Source: a virus. From it: a stretch of DNA of 64,000 bases. The notes beneath the pieces are model-generated. The model was not told the DNA's origin and did no database searches. It saw nothing but the letters and a program-made list of their open reading frames with translations. Numbering within the stretch: the stretch's first letter is position 1; each line of letters starts with the position of its first letter. Location: the IMG/VR virus record IMGVR_UViG_3300031417_000380; one strand, written 5' to 3'. The translations under genes and the position numbers were made by a program. Of the stretch, positions 35,543 through 44,101 are shown in pieces.

Positions 35543-35590
35543 CTAGCTGCGATTCTTACGGTATCTCGGCGTAAAGTCGAGTGGTTGTTC
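35543..35590 (-). repeat. 48-bp duplicated upstream element, copy 2
   Basis: As copy 1. Confidence 0.75.
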
Positions 35591-35627
35591 ATCCTGTAGC
35601 TCAAGATGCTTAAACTGTCTGCTACAG

Positions 35628-35861
35628 TTAGCTTCGCAAGCCGACTGGTCGCTCTCCGACGTAGGTGTCGTAGGCAGGCGACTCGTAGAACGCACGATCC
35701 GTCTTGACCTCGGCCTCGATACGGTAGGCTGAAAGTCTCACCGGTGCGTAGCCGATCAGGATACGGTTGCGCTTAGCGATCACAAACCAGAGTAAAGCGG
35801 CCACAACGCAGACGACGGCGAAACCACCGAAGAACGCGCCAGCAAGGGTTAGGAGATTCAC
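35628..35861 (-). CDS. single-TM protein
   Basis: GTGA overlap with the AAA gene stop. Confidence 0.65.
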   Translation of the reverse strand: MNLLTLAGAFFGGFAVVCVVAALLWFVIAKRNRILIGYAPVRLSAYRIEAEVKTDRAFYESPAYDTYVGERPVGLRS

Positions 35862-37429
35862 TTCTGTGACTCACTTTCAGGGATGGCTACGCCTCGCATG
35901 GTGGCGCTCTCGAGTAGATGGTCGAACGACACTGCAGTTTGGTCGCGGGCTGCCATGCGTGCTGAAAGCCTAATGATCTGACCGATCTCTCGCGGCGCGA
36001 TCGAACCGATCTCATCAACAAAGCGTGAAAGTGTCTCCTCAGTCACGTCCACCTTGTAGCTTGAGGATAGAGCGCGCCATGCTTCCTTTGAGTGCTCACC
36101 CTCCGGCACGTTGTAGTGCAGGATCATCAAACAGCGGCTAATCACCGCTTCGTCAATGTCTTCCGGTCGGTTTGTTGTCATGAAGATCGGCTTCTCATAG
36201 CGCTCAACGGCCTTGAGAATCTCGGCCACCACAGCGTTCTTATGTACGTCATCTCCGCGCTTAGCCACCACCACGTCGGCCTCGTCAAGAAGCACAAAGG
36301 CACTCCAGCGTCGTGCTCGAGCCAAGATCTTACGAAGCTCGTCTCCAACGTTGTTCTGAGACGCTAGAACGTTCATGTCCACTGGGTAGAGAGCGCTCTT
36401 TGTATGCTCTGCGTAGGCTTCAGCAGTTAGCGTCTTGCCGATGCCGGGATTGCCCTTGCAGAGCAAGATGTTTCCCGGGGTCTTGTCGTCCACGAAGTCG
36501 CCGCCGAAGCTCTCAGCATCCTCACCTACGGCGAGCTCGAGCACCCGCTTCTGAGCGTTAGGCAAGACCAACTTCTCTACAGCGTCTGAACGCCAGCTAT
36601 GCTGCTCAACGTTTCCGATGTATGTCTCTACAACACGACCGCTCCAAAGATCAAAGAGCGGGATTCGGAGAGATGCGAGCGGGAGGTACTCAGCATCATC
36701 TTCGATCGGCGTAACCATGTCTTCGGAGAGTTTGAAGTCTACCACGCACTGTACGCGCTTTAGAATCTCCTGACGAGTCATTTCGCTATAGGACCCTACG
36801 CTCCACAGCTCGTCTGTTACGTCAACGCGATTGCCGAGCTTCACAATCTCCTGCACGCGCTGGAGGCTCTTGCGATAAGCCTGACGAAGATCCTGGGTTT
36901 CGCGCTCTAACCCAAGCTTGGCGAGCAACGTTTCGGGGCGTCGGCGTCCCTGGTAAGAGAACGCACCAGGAGAATCGACAGTTGAGCGATGTGACTCAGA
37001 TGTGGAGTAACCGGTCGCGTTAGCTCCTGAAAAGTAGAACTTCTCATTATAGCCTGCGTTATAGATGAGGTCATTGACCTCAAACGGCTGACGGACTCCA
37101 AAGCCAGCATTATAGTAAAGCCAAACGGAAGTGCCTCGCCCGGCTCCGATGTAAGCAAGGATCACTTCGGATAGAGCGTTCTTCGAGCGAATCGGTGAGA
37201 ACTTTCCGGCTCGAGCTTCCTTAATCTGGTTCAGCTCCGACTCGAAGGCCAGATCGTCCGAGCGCTTGGCGGCTAGTAGCAATTCTTCGAGAAGCTCGTC
37301 GCCGAGTTCTTCAGAGGTGACGGTGACCGGACTAAGGTTAGTGATACCGTAGCGCTCGAGCTTCTTTCGCTCCTTCTGAAAGAGCGGACTCGAGGTGTAC
37401 TCGATGGATTCAACGGGGACGTATAGCAT
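35858..37429 (-). CDS. AAA+ ATPase
   Basis: Walker A GNPGIGKT, Walker B LLDEAD, sensor TTNR, arginine finger SRC. Confidence 0.88.
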   Translation of the reverse strand: MLYVPVESIEYTSSPLFQKERKKLERYGITNLSPVTVTSEELGDELLEELLLAAKRSDDLAFESELNQIKEARAGKFSPIRSKNALSEVILAYIGAGRGTSVWLYYNAGFGVRQPFEVNDLIYNAGYNEKFYFSGANATGYSTSESHRSTVDSPGAFSYQGRRRPETLLAKLGLERETQDLRQAYRKSLQRVQEIVKLGNRVDVTDELWSVGSYSEMTRQEILKRVQCVVDFKLSEDMVTPIEDDAEYLPLASLRIPLFDLWSGRVVETYIGNVEQHSWRSDAVEKLVLPNAQKRVLELAVGEDAESFGGDFVDDKTPGNILLCKGNPGIGKTLTAEAYAEHTKSALYPVDMNVLASQNNVGDELRKILARARRWSAFVLLDEADVVVAKRGDDVHKNAVVAEILKAVERYEKPIFMTTNRPEDIDEAVISRCLMILHYNVPEGEHSKEAWRALSSSYKVDVTEETLSRFVDEIGSIAPREIGQIIRLSARMAARDQTAVSFDHLLESATMRGVAIPESESQK

Positions 37430-37441
37430 AAGAGCTTTCGT

Positions 37442-37693
37442 TTAGTCTGTAAAAAGTGCGGGATGCGGGCGCACCGGCTTATCGGGATTAAGCATGGCGT
37501 AGGTTACTGCTTCGGTCGCATCGCCGAGCGTTTCCTCTGTGGAAAGCTGTGTCTGAGCAGCGATGAACTCAGCCACGCCACGGACATACTCCGGATTGGC
37601 CTCGGCCGAATCAGCATCGAGGAGTTCTTGCTCATGGACAATTCGTACGAGCTGCACTCGAGCAGCGTTCTGATAGCTGTCGGTAGAGGTCAT
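37442..37693 (-). CDS. hypothetical protein
   Basis: GAGGAGG SD upstream. Confidence 0.65.
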   Translation of the reverse strand: MTSTDSYQNAARVQLVRIVHEQELLDADSAEANPEYVRGVAEFIAAQTQLSTEETLGDATEAVTYAMLNPDKPVRPHPALFTD

Positions 37694-37695
37694 GT

Positions 37696-38037
37696 TCAAA
37701 GTTCATCCTCCTCTTCCGGAAGCTCGCAAGGGAAGCATACGTCACGGATAGTCGAAGCGTCGATCTGCTCTACTCGTGCTCGCACATTCCAGACGTTCAC
37801 GACGTGCGGCTGGTAAGCCTCGCGGAACCAGTGCTCCCAGCGATTGCCGCCAATGCGCTTCGCAATGAACGTCGTGCCTGCCGGGAAGACACCTGGATCG
37901 TAGGACTTTGGAAGATAGTTGCGAAGCAGCTCGATAGCATCGCCCAGCCGATCACCGTCTACTTCATCATCCCAACGCTGTAGAATCGTCTCTAACAGAT
38001 CTACCGGTACTTGTGCGTTACGTTCATCGGTGGCCAT
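37696..38037 (-). CDS. hypothetical protein
   Basis: SD GAGGAG. Confidence 0.7.
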   Translation of the reverse strand: MATDERNAQVPVDLLETILQRWDDEVDGDRLGDAIELLRNYLPKSYDPGVFPAGTTFIAKRIGGNRWEHWFREAYQPHVVNVWNVRARVEQIDASTIRDVCFPCELPEEEDEL

Positions 38038-38056
38038 GGCTACACTCCTCTAGCTG

Positions 38057-38590
38057 TCAGCTCTTCGCTCGAGCCATTGTGACAAACTTACGGAGCAAAG
38101 CTGCGCCAACCTTCAACGCACCGGCGGCGCTCTCCGCTGAAGCTCGTGCTCGCTGGGGAAGCTCGGGGTCCGCGGCGGCAACACGCGAAACGCTAGCCTC
38201 GAACTCCATGCTGTAGAGGGCCCGCTCTGCGTCGGTGATAAGCCTCTCATTGGACTCGTTCGACGCCACGTCTTCGTCGCTCCAGTCACGCTTGAGTTCG
38301 CCGATACGCTTGAGCATGTTGTGCGCCGCTGAGTCATCGAGACGCACCTGCTGCAGGTCCATTGAGAGCTCATCGAAGTCAAGCCGGTCTAAATCAGGAT
38401 AGGCACGTCGAAGCATCTCGCTAGGCCAGCCGAAAGACGAAAGCCCTCCACCGTAGTGCGGCTCGCCGGTCTTCTGATGATAACCGTAGACGATCTGCGA
38501 GGCGGCATCCTTGCCGTCGAGGACCGAAAGGAGAAGCTCTAAACGAGCCTGCGCCTTCACGGGGTCGGTTGGCCCCTGGATCTTGCCCAT
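38057..38590 (-). CDS. hypothetical protein
   Basis: 177-aa ORF within the operon. Confidence 0.7.
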   Translation of the reverse strand: MGKIQGPTDPVKAQARLELLLSVLDGKDAASQIVYGYHQKTGEPHYGGGLSSFGWPSEMLRRAYPDLDRLDFDELSMDLQQVRLDDSAAHNMLKRIGELKRDWSDEDVASNESNERLITDAERALYSMEFEASVSRVAAADPELPQRARASAESAAGALKVGAALLRKFVTMARAKS

Positions 38591-38609
38591 GCGATTCTCT
38601 CTGTTCTCG

Positions 38610-39212
38610 TTAGCGGTACATCTCGTACTGCAAAATGCCGTCGATGATCTCCTGGACGAGATCGATGCGACCGATGGTGCTCATGATCTCGACCGGGGTA
38701 AGCTGAACTGTAGCGCGAACCTCGGCGATGTCGAGTGCCGCGTAGTCTCCGGTGAGCTTGAACGAGCTGGACGGGATCTCTAGAGTCTCGCTCTGCTCCA
38801 TGAAGATACGCACTCGATAGGGAGCCCACTCTTCGGGAATCACCGAGATAAGGTCCTTGAGCGTAAAGAGAAGCTCTCCGTTGAGAAACTGCCACTTCGG
38901 AAGATAAAGCTCACCGTCGGCGAAGAAAGCGTAGAGTTCGCCCTCTTCAGCCGAGTGCTTCAAAACAGCCGGCGTAGTGTTGAGAAGCTGAGCAGCCTCC
39001 ACAGCGGTGTAGGCGGTCTTCAGATCCGTGAAGCGTACGTCGAGCTCCGGAGGGATAGAGTATTCGGTTACATCGTGCGAAGCTCGATTAACGCCTGAAG
39101 CTTCCAAGTCCCGGCCCAGAAAAGCACGCTCTTCTTCGGAGAGCGGGTGGACGATCGGCTTCGGCTCGACATTGCGAGTACGGACGGCGCCGAGGTCCTT
39201 GATCTTCACCAC
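38610..39212 (-). CDS. Rv2175c-like DNA-binding protein (paralog 4)
   Basis: YTAVEAAQLL..GELYAF..YLPKWQF..IPEEW; SD AAAGGAG. Confidence 0.65.
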   Translation of the reverse strand: MVKIKDLGAVRTRNVEPKPIVHPLSEEERAFLGRDLEASGVNRASHDVTEYSIPPELDVRFTDLKTAYTAVEAAQLLNTTPAVLKHSAEEGELYAFFADGELYLPKWQFLNGELLFTLKDLISVIPEEWAPYRVRIFMEQSETLEIPSSSFKLTGDYAALDIAEVRATVQLTPVEIMSTIGRIDLVQEIIDGILQYEMYR

Positions 39213-39247
39213 GATGTTCTCCTTTAAGTTTGTCGATCTTCAAGCGT

Positions 39248-39275
39248 ATCTTACACGCTATTTAGAGTTACGCAA
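39248..39275 (-). promoter_or_regulatory. SigA-type promoter
   Basis: TTGCGT-16-TAAGAT. Confidence 0.7.
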
Positions 39276-39288
39276 GGCTCTTACGCTT

Positions 39289-39354
39289 CTAGCGCGGACA
39301 GTGAGTAAGCAACGAGCAAATAGCTTCGTAAATCTACAGCACTGTCCGCGCTAG
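39289..39354 (-). terminator. terminator-like inverted repeat
   Basis: 15-bp perfect arms, 36-nt loop. Confidence 0.6.
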
Positions 39355-39367
39355 CTTAGCGACCGAC

Positions 39368-39547
39368 TTACTTCCCGACGGTTACCGTGAACTTCGGATT
39401 CGCGGCGGTGGCTGCCTTGAGGATCTCTTCACGAGTCGCGGCTCGACCCTTCGGAGCGGCCGAGGGACGCGGCTTCGCGGCCGGCTTCGGAGCGACGGTC
39501 TGCTTCGGACCCGGCTTCGGGACGGAGGTGTTCTTCGAATCAGTCAT
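39368..39547 (-). CDS. 59-aa Pro/Lys/Ala-rich basic protein (not in ORF track)
   Basis: PKPGPK..PKPAAKPRP; ATG 6 nt after TAGGAT. Confidence 0.65.
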   Translation of the reverse strand: MTDSKNTSVPKPGPKQTVAPKPAAKPRPSAAPKGRAATREEILKAATAANPKFTVTVGK

Positions 39548-39603
39548 AGCTTTATCCTATCATCCTTTAAGAGCGAATAGTCAACTTGAGTTTGGGTGGA
39601 AGA

Positions 39604-39780
39604 TTAGTTTGCTGAGGCAGCGGCGTAGCCTTCACGATACGCGACCTCTGCAACAGTCTTAGCTGCGATCTGGAATCCCTCCTTTGCCGAGAAGAATTCT
39701 ATCACCGCAGAGGGCTCCATGCCTCGCGTATTTCGCAGACGAGCTCGAGCCTTTGCGAGTCGTTTTTCAGCTTCGAACAT
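39604..39780 (-). CDS. 58-aa hypothetical protein (not in ORF track)
   Basis: SD TAAGGAG. Confidence 0.6.
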   Translation of the reverse strand: MFEAEKRLAKARARLRNTRGMEPSAVIEFFSAKEGFQIAAKTVAEVAYREGYAAASAN

Positions 39781-39788
39781 ATGGCTCC

Positions 39789-40058
39789 TTACGCCGTGAG
39801 GACGGCCTTGACTGCCCGGTAGAGGGAGTACGTCCCACGCTCCCAGTCATCGCACCAGCGCTCGTCATCGAGGTCGATGTAGTCGAACTGTCCGAGAAGC
39901 TCCTGAGTCGACGCACTAGAGAGCGTCTTGTCACGGATCTCGCGAGCAGCGAAGTTGAAACCGCGCTGGCGGTCATCCACGTAGCTGTCGTCATCAACGT
40001 TCTCGAACTGCCAAATGGCGTTGAGGTCGTCGAGCTGAGCCTGCGTGAGAGCGTCCAT
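39789..40058 (-). CDS. acidic hypothetical protein
   Basis: Leaderless promoter 40065-40093. Confidence 0.75.
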   Translation of the reverse strand: MDALTQAQLDDLNAIWQFENVDDDSYVDDRQRGFNFAAREIRDKTLSSASTQELLGQFDYIDLDDERWCDDWERGTYSLYRAVKAVLTA

Positions 40059-40064
40059 AGCAAA

Positions 40065-40093
40065 ACACTAACACACGTCAAATAAGCTCGCAA
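40065..40093 (-). promoter_or_regulatory. SigA-type promoter, leaderless
   Basis: TTGCGA-17-TAGTGT-6-ATG. Confidence 0.75.
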
Positions 40094-40094
40094 C

Positions 40095-40766
40095 CTAGCT
40101 TACGCTCTTTGGCTGTTCAGGTAGCTCGGTAGGGATAAAGCGATCAGACCCCGACTCGAACGAGACCACCACGTTATGATCCTCGAAGTTCTCGTAGCGA
40201 GCTGCAAGTCCGGCGATCGGCTCAAGAGGAGCTAGCTTGACCAAAGCCAGTAGTCCGGCGTCGAAAGCGTGGATCGAGCAACGGAAGTAGAGCTTGTCAC
40301 CAGCGACAAAGTATCGTGTGGGGCGGAGTTTGCAGGTGCCGCCGATGACGCCGAAGCAACAGTGCGGGATTACCTGAAGCACTCGCTGATTAGTAGCTGT
40401 CCATCCAAGATCGTGCTCCTGAACTGCCCCACTCAAGACCACTTCTAGGAAAACGTTCCCTTCCTGTGGATGCTTTCGAGCTCGGCTAAAGTCGTCGTAA
40501 GCGTGGAATCCAAGTACACTCGTAGCTTTGTCTACAACACCATAAGTCTGCCCCACCACTCCTGCAAAGTCGTGACTACGCTTTCGTAAGGTGGGAGGAA
40601 GAAGCTCGGCTCGCTTATAGGCGATCATCGGATTATCGACTTTCTCCGGTGCGTTTGGTCGCTCTACAAAGAAAGTTACTAGGCTTGCGATCCCGTAGAC
40701 GAGAAGGACGAACGCCACAGGAATAAGAAAAAGCCACGCTGCTAAAAGCTGATCCGAGGACATCAT
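40095..40766 (-). CDS. GFHAY/Zn-finger family copy 4 (TM-anchored)
   Basis: AYKRAEL, GFHAY, LEVVLSG, QRVLQVI, C..C..CSIH. Confidence 0.8.
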   Translation of the reverse strand: MMSSDQLLAAWLFLIPVAFVLLVYGIASLVTFFVERPNAPEKVDNPMIAYKRAELLPPTLRKRSHDFAGVVGQTYGVVDKATSVLGFHAYDDFSRARKHPQEGNVFLEVVLSGAVQEHDLGWTATNQRVLQVIPHCCFGVIGGTCKLRPTRYFVAGDKLYFRCSIHAFDAGLLALVKLAPLEPIAGLAARYENFEDHNVVVSFESGSDRFIPTELPEQPKSVS

Positions 40767-40774
40767 AATAAACC

Positions 40775-41164
40775 TTATCCCGCCGTCGGAGACGGCACTA
40801 GATTCGGAGGAGTCAAGCTGGCTCCAAGCTTCTTTAGACCACGCTTTAGGCCGTTCTTGATCTTCTTCCAACGGCCGTTGAACCAGTCATCATCGTCTCC
40901 CTTACGGCGAAGCTCCATACGAACGATGAAGTAGAGCATGAAGAGGTTAAAGACGCCGCCGAAGTAGAGATGATCGACTGCGAGGCACGTAAACGCAACG
41001 GCTGCAATGATGCCGATTACGCTCCATCCTAGGATGCGGCGAATCGTTGAGTACACGTAGCGCTGATGTGATCCTTTAACAGACCGTACTCTGCGAATGT
41101 CGAAGACGGTCTCAGCTAAGATCAATGAGATACCGATGAGATTAAGCGTCAAAGTGATGGTCAC
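40775..41164 (-). CDS. 3-TM membrane protein
   Basis: Hydrophobic helices followed by DDDDW and a basic tail. Confidence 0.7.
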   Translation of the reverse strand: MTITLTLNLIGISLILAETVFDIRRVRSVKGSHQRYVYSTIRRILGWSVIGIIAAVAFTCLAVDHLYFGGVFNLFMLYFIVRMELRRKGDDDDWFNGRWKKIKNGLKRGLKKLGASLTPPNLVPSPTAG

Positions 41165-41167
41165 AAG

Positions 41168-41350
41168 TTACTCCGGATCGGTCTGATCGAGGATCGCTTC
41201 AATATCTGCAGGATAGATATGCTCCCAGTTCTCGCGATCGGCTGTAGCCAGCATCTCACGAAGCGCAGTCTCCTTGCGGCCTGCCTTCTCAAGAGCAGCT
41301 TGAACACGCTCAAGTAAAGCGATGTTGTTGCTCGGATTTGGCTTAGGCAT
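41168..41350 (-). CDS. hypothetical protein
   Basis: Overlaps upstream stop. Confidence 0.6.
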   Translation of the reverse strand: MPKPNPSNNIALLERVQAALEKAGRKETALREMLATADRENWEHIYPADIEAILDQTDPE

Positions 41351-41555
41351 GGGCAAGCCTCTTTACACGAGAGGCACGAAGCTGAACATAGCCAGCGAGG
41401 AACATCTCTGCGTCTGCAGGCTTTACCCCGTACGTTCGAGTGAACTCATCACGAAGCGCCGAAAGCTGTGTGGTCTTGGAGTCACTATGCGGCAGGTCGA
41501 CCACTCGGCGGATCTCTTTAGCGAAGTCCGTGACGGGGTTTGCTGAAGTCTGCAT
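41343..41555 (-). CDS. hypothetical protein
   Basis: ATG 6 nt after TACCGT. Confidence 0.6.
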   Translation of the reverse strand: MQTSANPVTDFAKEIRRVVDLPHSDSKTTQLSALRDEFTRTYGVKPADAEMFLAGYVQLRASRVKRLAHA

Positions 41556-41597
41556 ACCGTAACGGTATCACACTTTACTGTCTGACAAACCCTAGTC

Positions 41598-41939
41598 TTA
41601 ACTAAGCTTTTTCCAGTCTTCGTCTGACAGCTCGTGGTAACGCTTACCGTCGTGCTGTGGGCCGGGGAAAGCCACTCGTGCGCGAAGCTCAGCTCGGCGT
41701 CGATCCGGTAGCTTCTCAGACTCTATCGGCTTCGAGAAGCGCTTGAACGCATCAAGCACATCCCCGGTAAAGTCACCAAGATGACGCAGATAGACGCCAT
41801 CTTTCCAGCGAGGCTCGTTGTTCGTTACATCGGCACCGTACTTGTCAGCAATGGCTGCAAGAGCCTCCTGAATACTCTCACTGTCAGCAATTAGCTCATC
41901 GTACTCGGAATCGTCCGGCTTCGGCTTTCTAGCGTCCAT
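41598..41939 (-). CDS. hypothetical protein
   Basis: SD AGGAGG. Confidence 0.7.
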   Translation of the reverse strand: MDARKPKPDDSEYDELIADSESIQEALAAIADKYGADVTNNEPRWKDGVYLRHLGDFTGDVLDAFKRFSKPIESEKLPDRRRAELRARVAFPGPQHDGKRYHELSDEDWKKLS

Positions 41940-42029
41940 GATAGGCCTCCTAAAGTCTATTCTATCGAGTAGGTGACATCAACACGTGTTGACTTCTAGG
42001 TGCACATCAAAACTGTGTGCCGAAAACGG

Positions 42030-42058
42030 TTGCAAGTCAGAGCTAACCGATGTATTGT
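42030..42058 (+). promoter_or_regulatory. SigA-type promoter
   Basis: TTGCAA-17-TATTGT. Confidence 0.75.
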
Positions 42059-42094
42059 TGACCTCGACGCCGTAACAATCACTAAGGAGTTCTC

Positions 42095-42289
42095 GTGGCC
42101 AACATCATCGACCAGCTCGACGCAGCCGCTGATGAGTTCATGGAAGAAGGCGGCACGCTCGACGAATGGAACGCGCTCCCCACAGACGTTCGTACTGTGA
42201 TGGCTGAAGCCGCCGTTGACAATCGTGTAGACCACGGGTTCTGGTTCCGCTGGAACGACGGCACCGTCCGCGACTTGCCCCAGGCGTAG
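42095..42289 (+). CDS. acidic hypothetical protein
   Basis: SD AAGGAG, GTG start; promoter 42030-42058. Confidence 0.7.
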   Translation: MANIIDQLDAAADEFMEEGGTLDEWNALPTDVRTVMAEAAVDNRVDHGFWFRWNDGTVRDLPQA

Positions 42290-42332
42290 CGCAAAATTCT
42301 AAACGACTTCAACGACATCGAAAGAAATCATC

Positions 42333-42602
42333 ATGCAGACCAAGCAGAGCATCGAGCTCAGCAAGATCAAGGCCATCGCCGGAGAGATCTGGCCTGACGC
42401 TTCAGCCGACTCCGTCGACCTTTTCACCAGGAGCCTCGAGCTCCACTACGGCACCCCGCTCTTCTCCGCCGTTGAGATCGGCACCACAGCCTGGTCTCGC
42501 TTCGGTGGGCTCGGAAAGGCCACTGAGTTCTCGGTTCGAGTGGCTCGTGAGTTCCCGGAGTATGACCCGGAGCGCAGCGTTATCGGAGATCACCGTCGCT
42601 AG
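42333..42602 (+). CDS. hypothetical protein
   Basis: High GC3; ends at bidirectional terminator. Confidence 0.7.
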   Translation: MQTKQSIELSKIKAIAGEIWPDASADSVDLFTRSLELHYGTPLFSAVEIGTTAWSRFGGLGKATEFSVRVAREFPEYDPERSVIGDHRR

Positions 42603-42607
42603 CTAGT

Positions 42608-42646
42608 ATTCTGGGCGGCAACCGCGAAAGGGTTGCCGCCCAGAAT
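42608..42646. terminator. bidirectional terminator
   Basis: 16-bp perfect inverted repeat between convergent genes. Confidence 0.8.
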
Positions 42647-42660
42647 CGTAAGAGTTTTAG

Positions 42661-43356
42661 CTAACGGCCGATGCGACGCTGAATGTCACCGATGCTCATG
42701 GTCTGGTCAAGCGGTACCGTAGCAACTCGATTATTCGCTAGCCGAACAGCTCGGTCAGTATCTGTCCTCATCGTCGTCATCGGCCTAATCCACTTCGCGA
42801 TGGTCCTACGGCGACGAAGAAGCTCTCGAGCCTTACTCTGTGCAAGAGAAAACTCCTGGACGCCGTCCACAGCCTCCGCAAACCAGTCGTCCAACGTCGA
42901 TAATCCCGTCACCACCGTAAGCGGTTCACGCAGCCAAGCAGCTTCTAACAGCCAGCGGAACGTCGGTATGTACGTGTGTGGCCACTCAGCGAGTCGACTG
43001 TCTCCGGCTGTCTTAGCGCCTCTCTCGATGGATCCATACAGCGCGTGGTCCACTCTCTTTCCCGAGTACAGTACGTTCCTAACCGGTTCGTAATCCGGCA
43101 TGGAAAGTTCGATCCGATCAGCGTTGAGACCGGGCCAAAAGTCTGCGACCCAGCCCGGTGCGCGTTCGCCAAGCGCACTTCGAAGAATAGAGCCGAGATC
43201 AGCACCGGTCTCTAGCTGGAAGAACTTGCTAAGGTGTGGGAGCTGGTACACCTCTTCCCCGTCGGTGGGCTCGCCGGGGCGCCGAAGCTCACTCCGGTAG
43301 AGTGAACGAACCAAGCCGTGCTCTTCAACGAAGCCGTAGCTCTTGGCCTCAAGCAT
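42661..43356 (-). CDS. family H unknown protein copy 1
   Basis: LVRSLY; LLEAAW..VVTGL.TLDDW..EF.L. Confidence 0.85.
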   Translation of the reverse strand: MLEAKSYGFVEEHGLVRSLYRSELRRPGEPTDGEEVYQLPHLSKFFQLETGADLGSILRSALGERAPGWVADFWPGLNADRIELSMPDYEPVRNVLYSGKRVDHALYGSIERGAKTAGDSRLAEWPHTYIPTFRWLLEAAWLREPLTVVTGLSTLDDWFAEAVDGVQEFSLAQSKARELLRRRRTIAKWIRPMTTMRTDTDRAVRLANNRVATVPLDQTMSIGDIQRRIGR

Positions 43357-44101
43357 TAGTACTCCCTTGCCCGAGAACTCGAAGATACATCTCTGGATCA
43401 GTTGTAACAGCGAGAGGTGTTCGCTTACAGAGTAGCTTGAGCGCGTGTACGGCTGCTCTGTTGAGCGCGTACTCTCGCTGAAGCTTCTTTACCATCTTCA
43501 TGCGGTAGAGCTTCTCTCGAATCTGAGTCTCAGGGAGGGTAAACTCCGTTAGGCCTACTAAGAGTTCGTTGAACCATGGATCGAACTTAGGAAGGCCGGT
43601 TACGATCGTCTGGGGCTCGCCATAGAGCGACGCCGCCATGAGCATTTCAAAAGTGGCTTCGTAGCTCTCAAGACTTCCGTTGTCTGAGAAAGCAATCCCG
43701 CGCTCTCGCTCCTTACCTTGACGTACCTCACCATCGAACTGCCGGAAGCGTAGCCCCTTAATGATGCTTCCAGCAGGAGCGGTGCCGAACGGTGCTGGGA
43801 TAAACAGGTCACGCAAGTTCTGATCCTCGAGCTCAAAGCCGAAGTTCCCTTTCGCCACGGAGTGCATCTGCCTAAAGACCATGACGGAAGCAAGCGCCTC
43901 GAAATCTCCAGCAGAGCGCTTTTCACCGGAGTCGAACCAGCGAGCCATGTCAAGGATCGGCGTTACAGCTCGTCCGCCGGCCACGAGCGGCTTGGCTCGG
44001 TAGTCTTCCCGCCAGACAGCCTTCACGAAGCGTAGATTGTGCTCAGCTCCACAGTAGGCTCCGTCGAAGAAACGAAGCTTATCGCGGTCAATCTGGATCA
44101 T
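43349..44101 (-). CDS. family H copy 2
   Basis: FVKAVW; DLFIP; IVTGLPKFDPW..EFTLP. Confidence 0.85.
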   Translation of the reverse strand: MIQIDRDKLRFFDGAYCGAEHNLRFVKAVWREDYRAKPLVAGGRAVTPILDMARWFDSGEKRSAGDFEALASVMVFRQMHSVAKGNFGFELEDQNLRDLFIPAPFGTAPAGSIIKGLRFRQFDGEVRQGKERERGIAFSDNGSLESYEATFEMLMAASLYGEPQTIVTGLPKFDPWFNELLVGLTEFTLPETQIREKLYRMKMVKKLQREYALNRAAVHALKLLCKRTPLAVTTDPEMYLRVLGQGSTNA

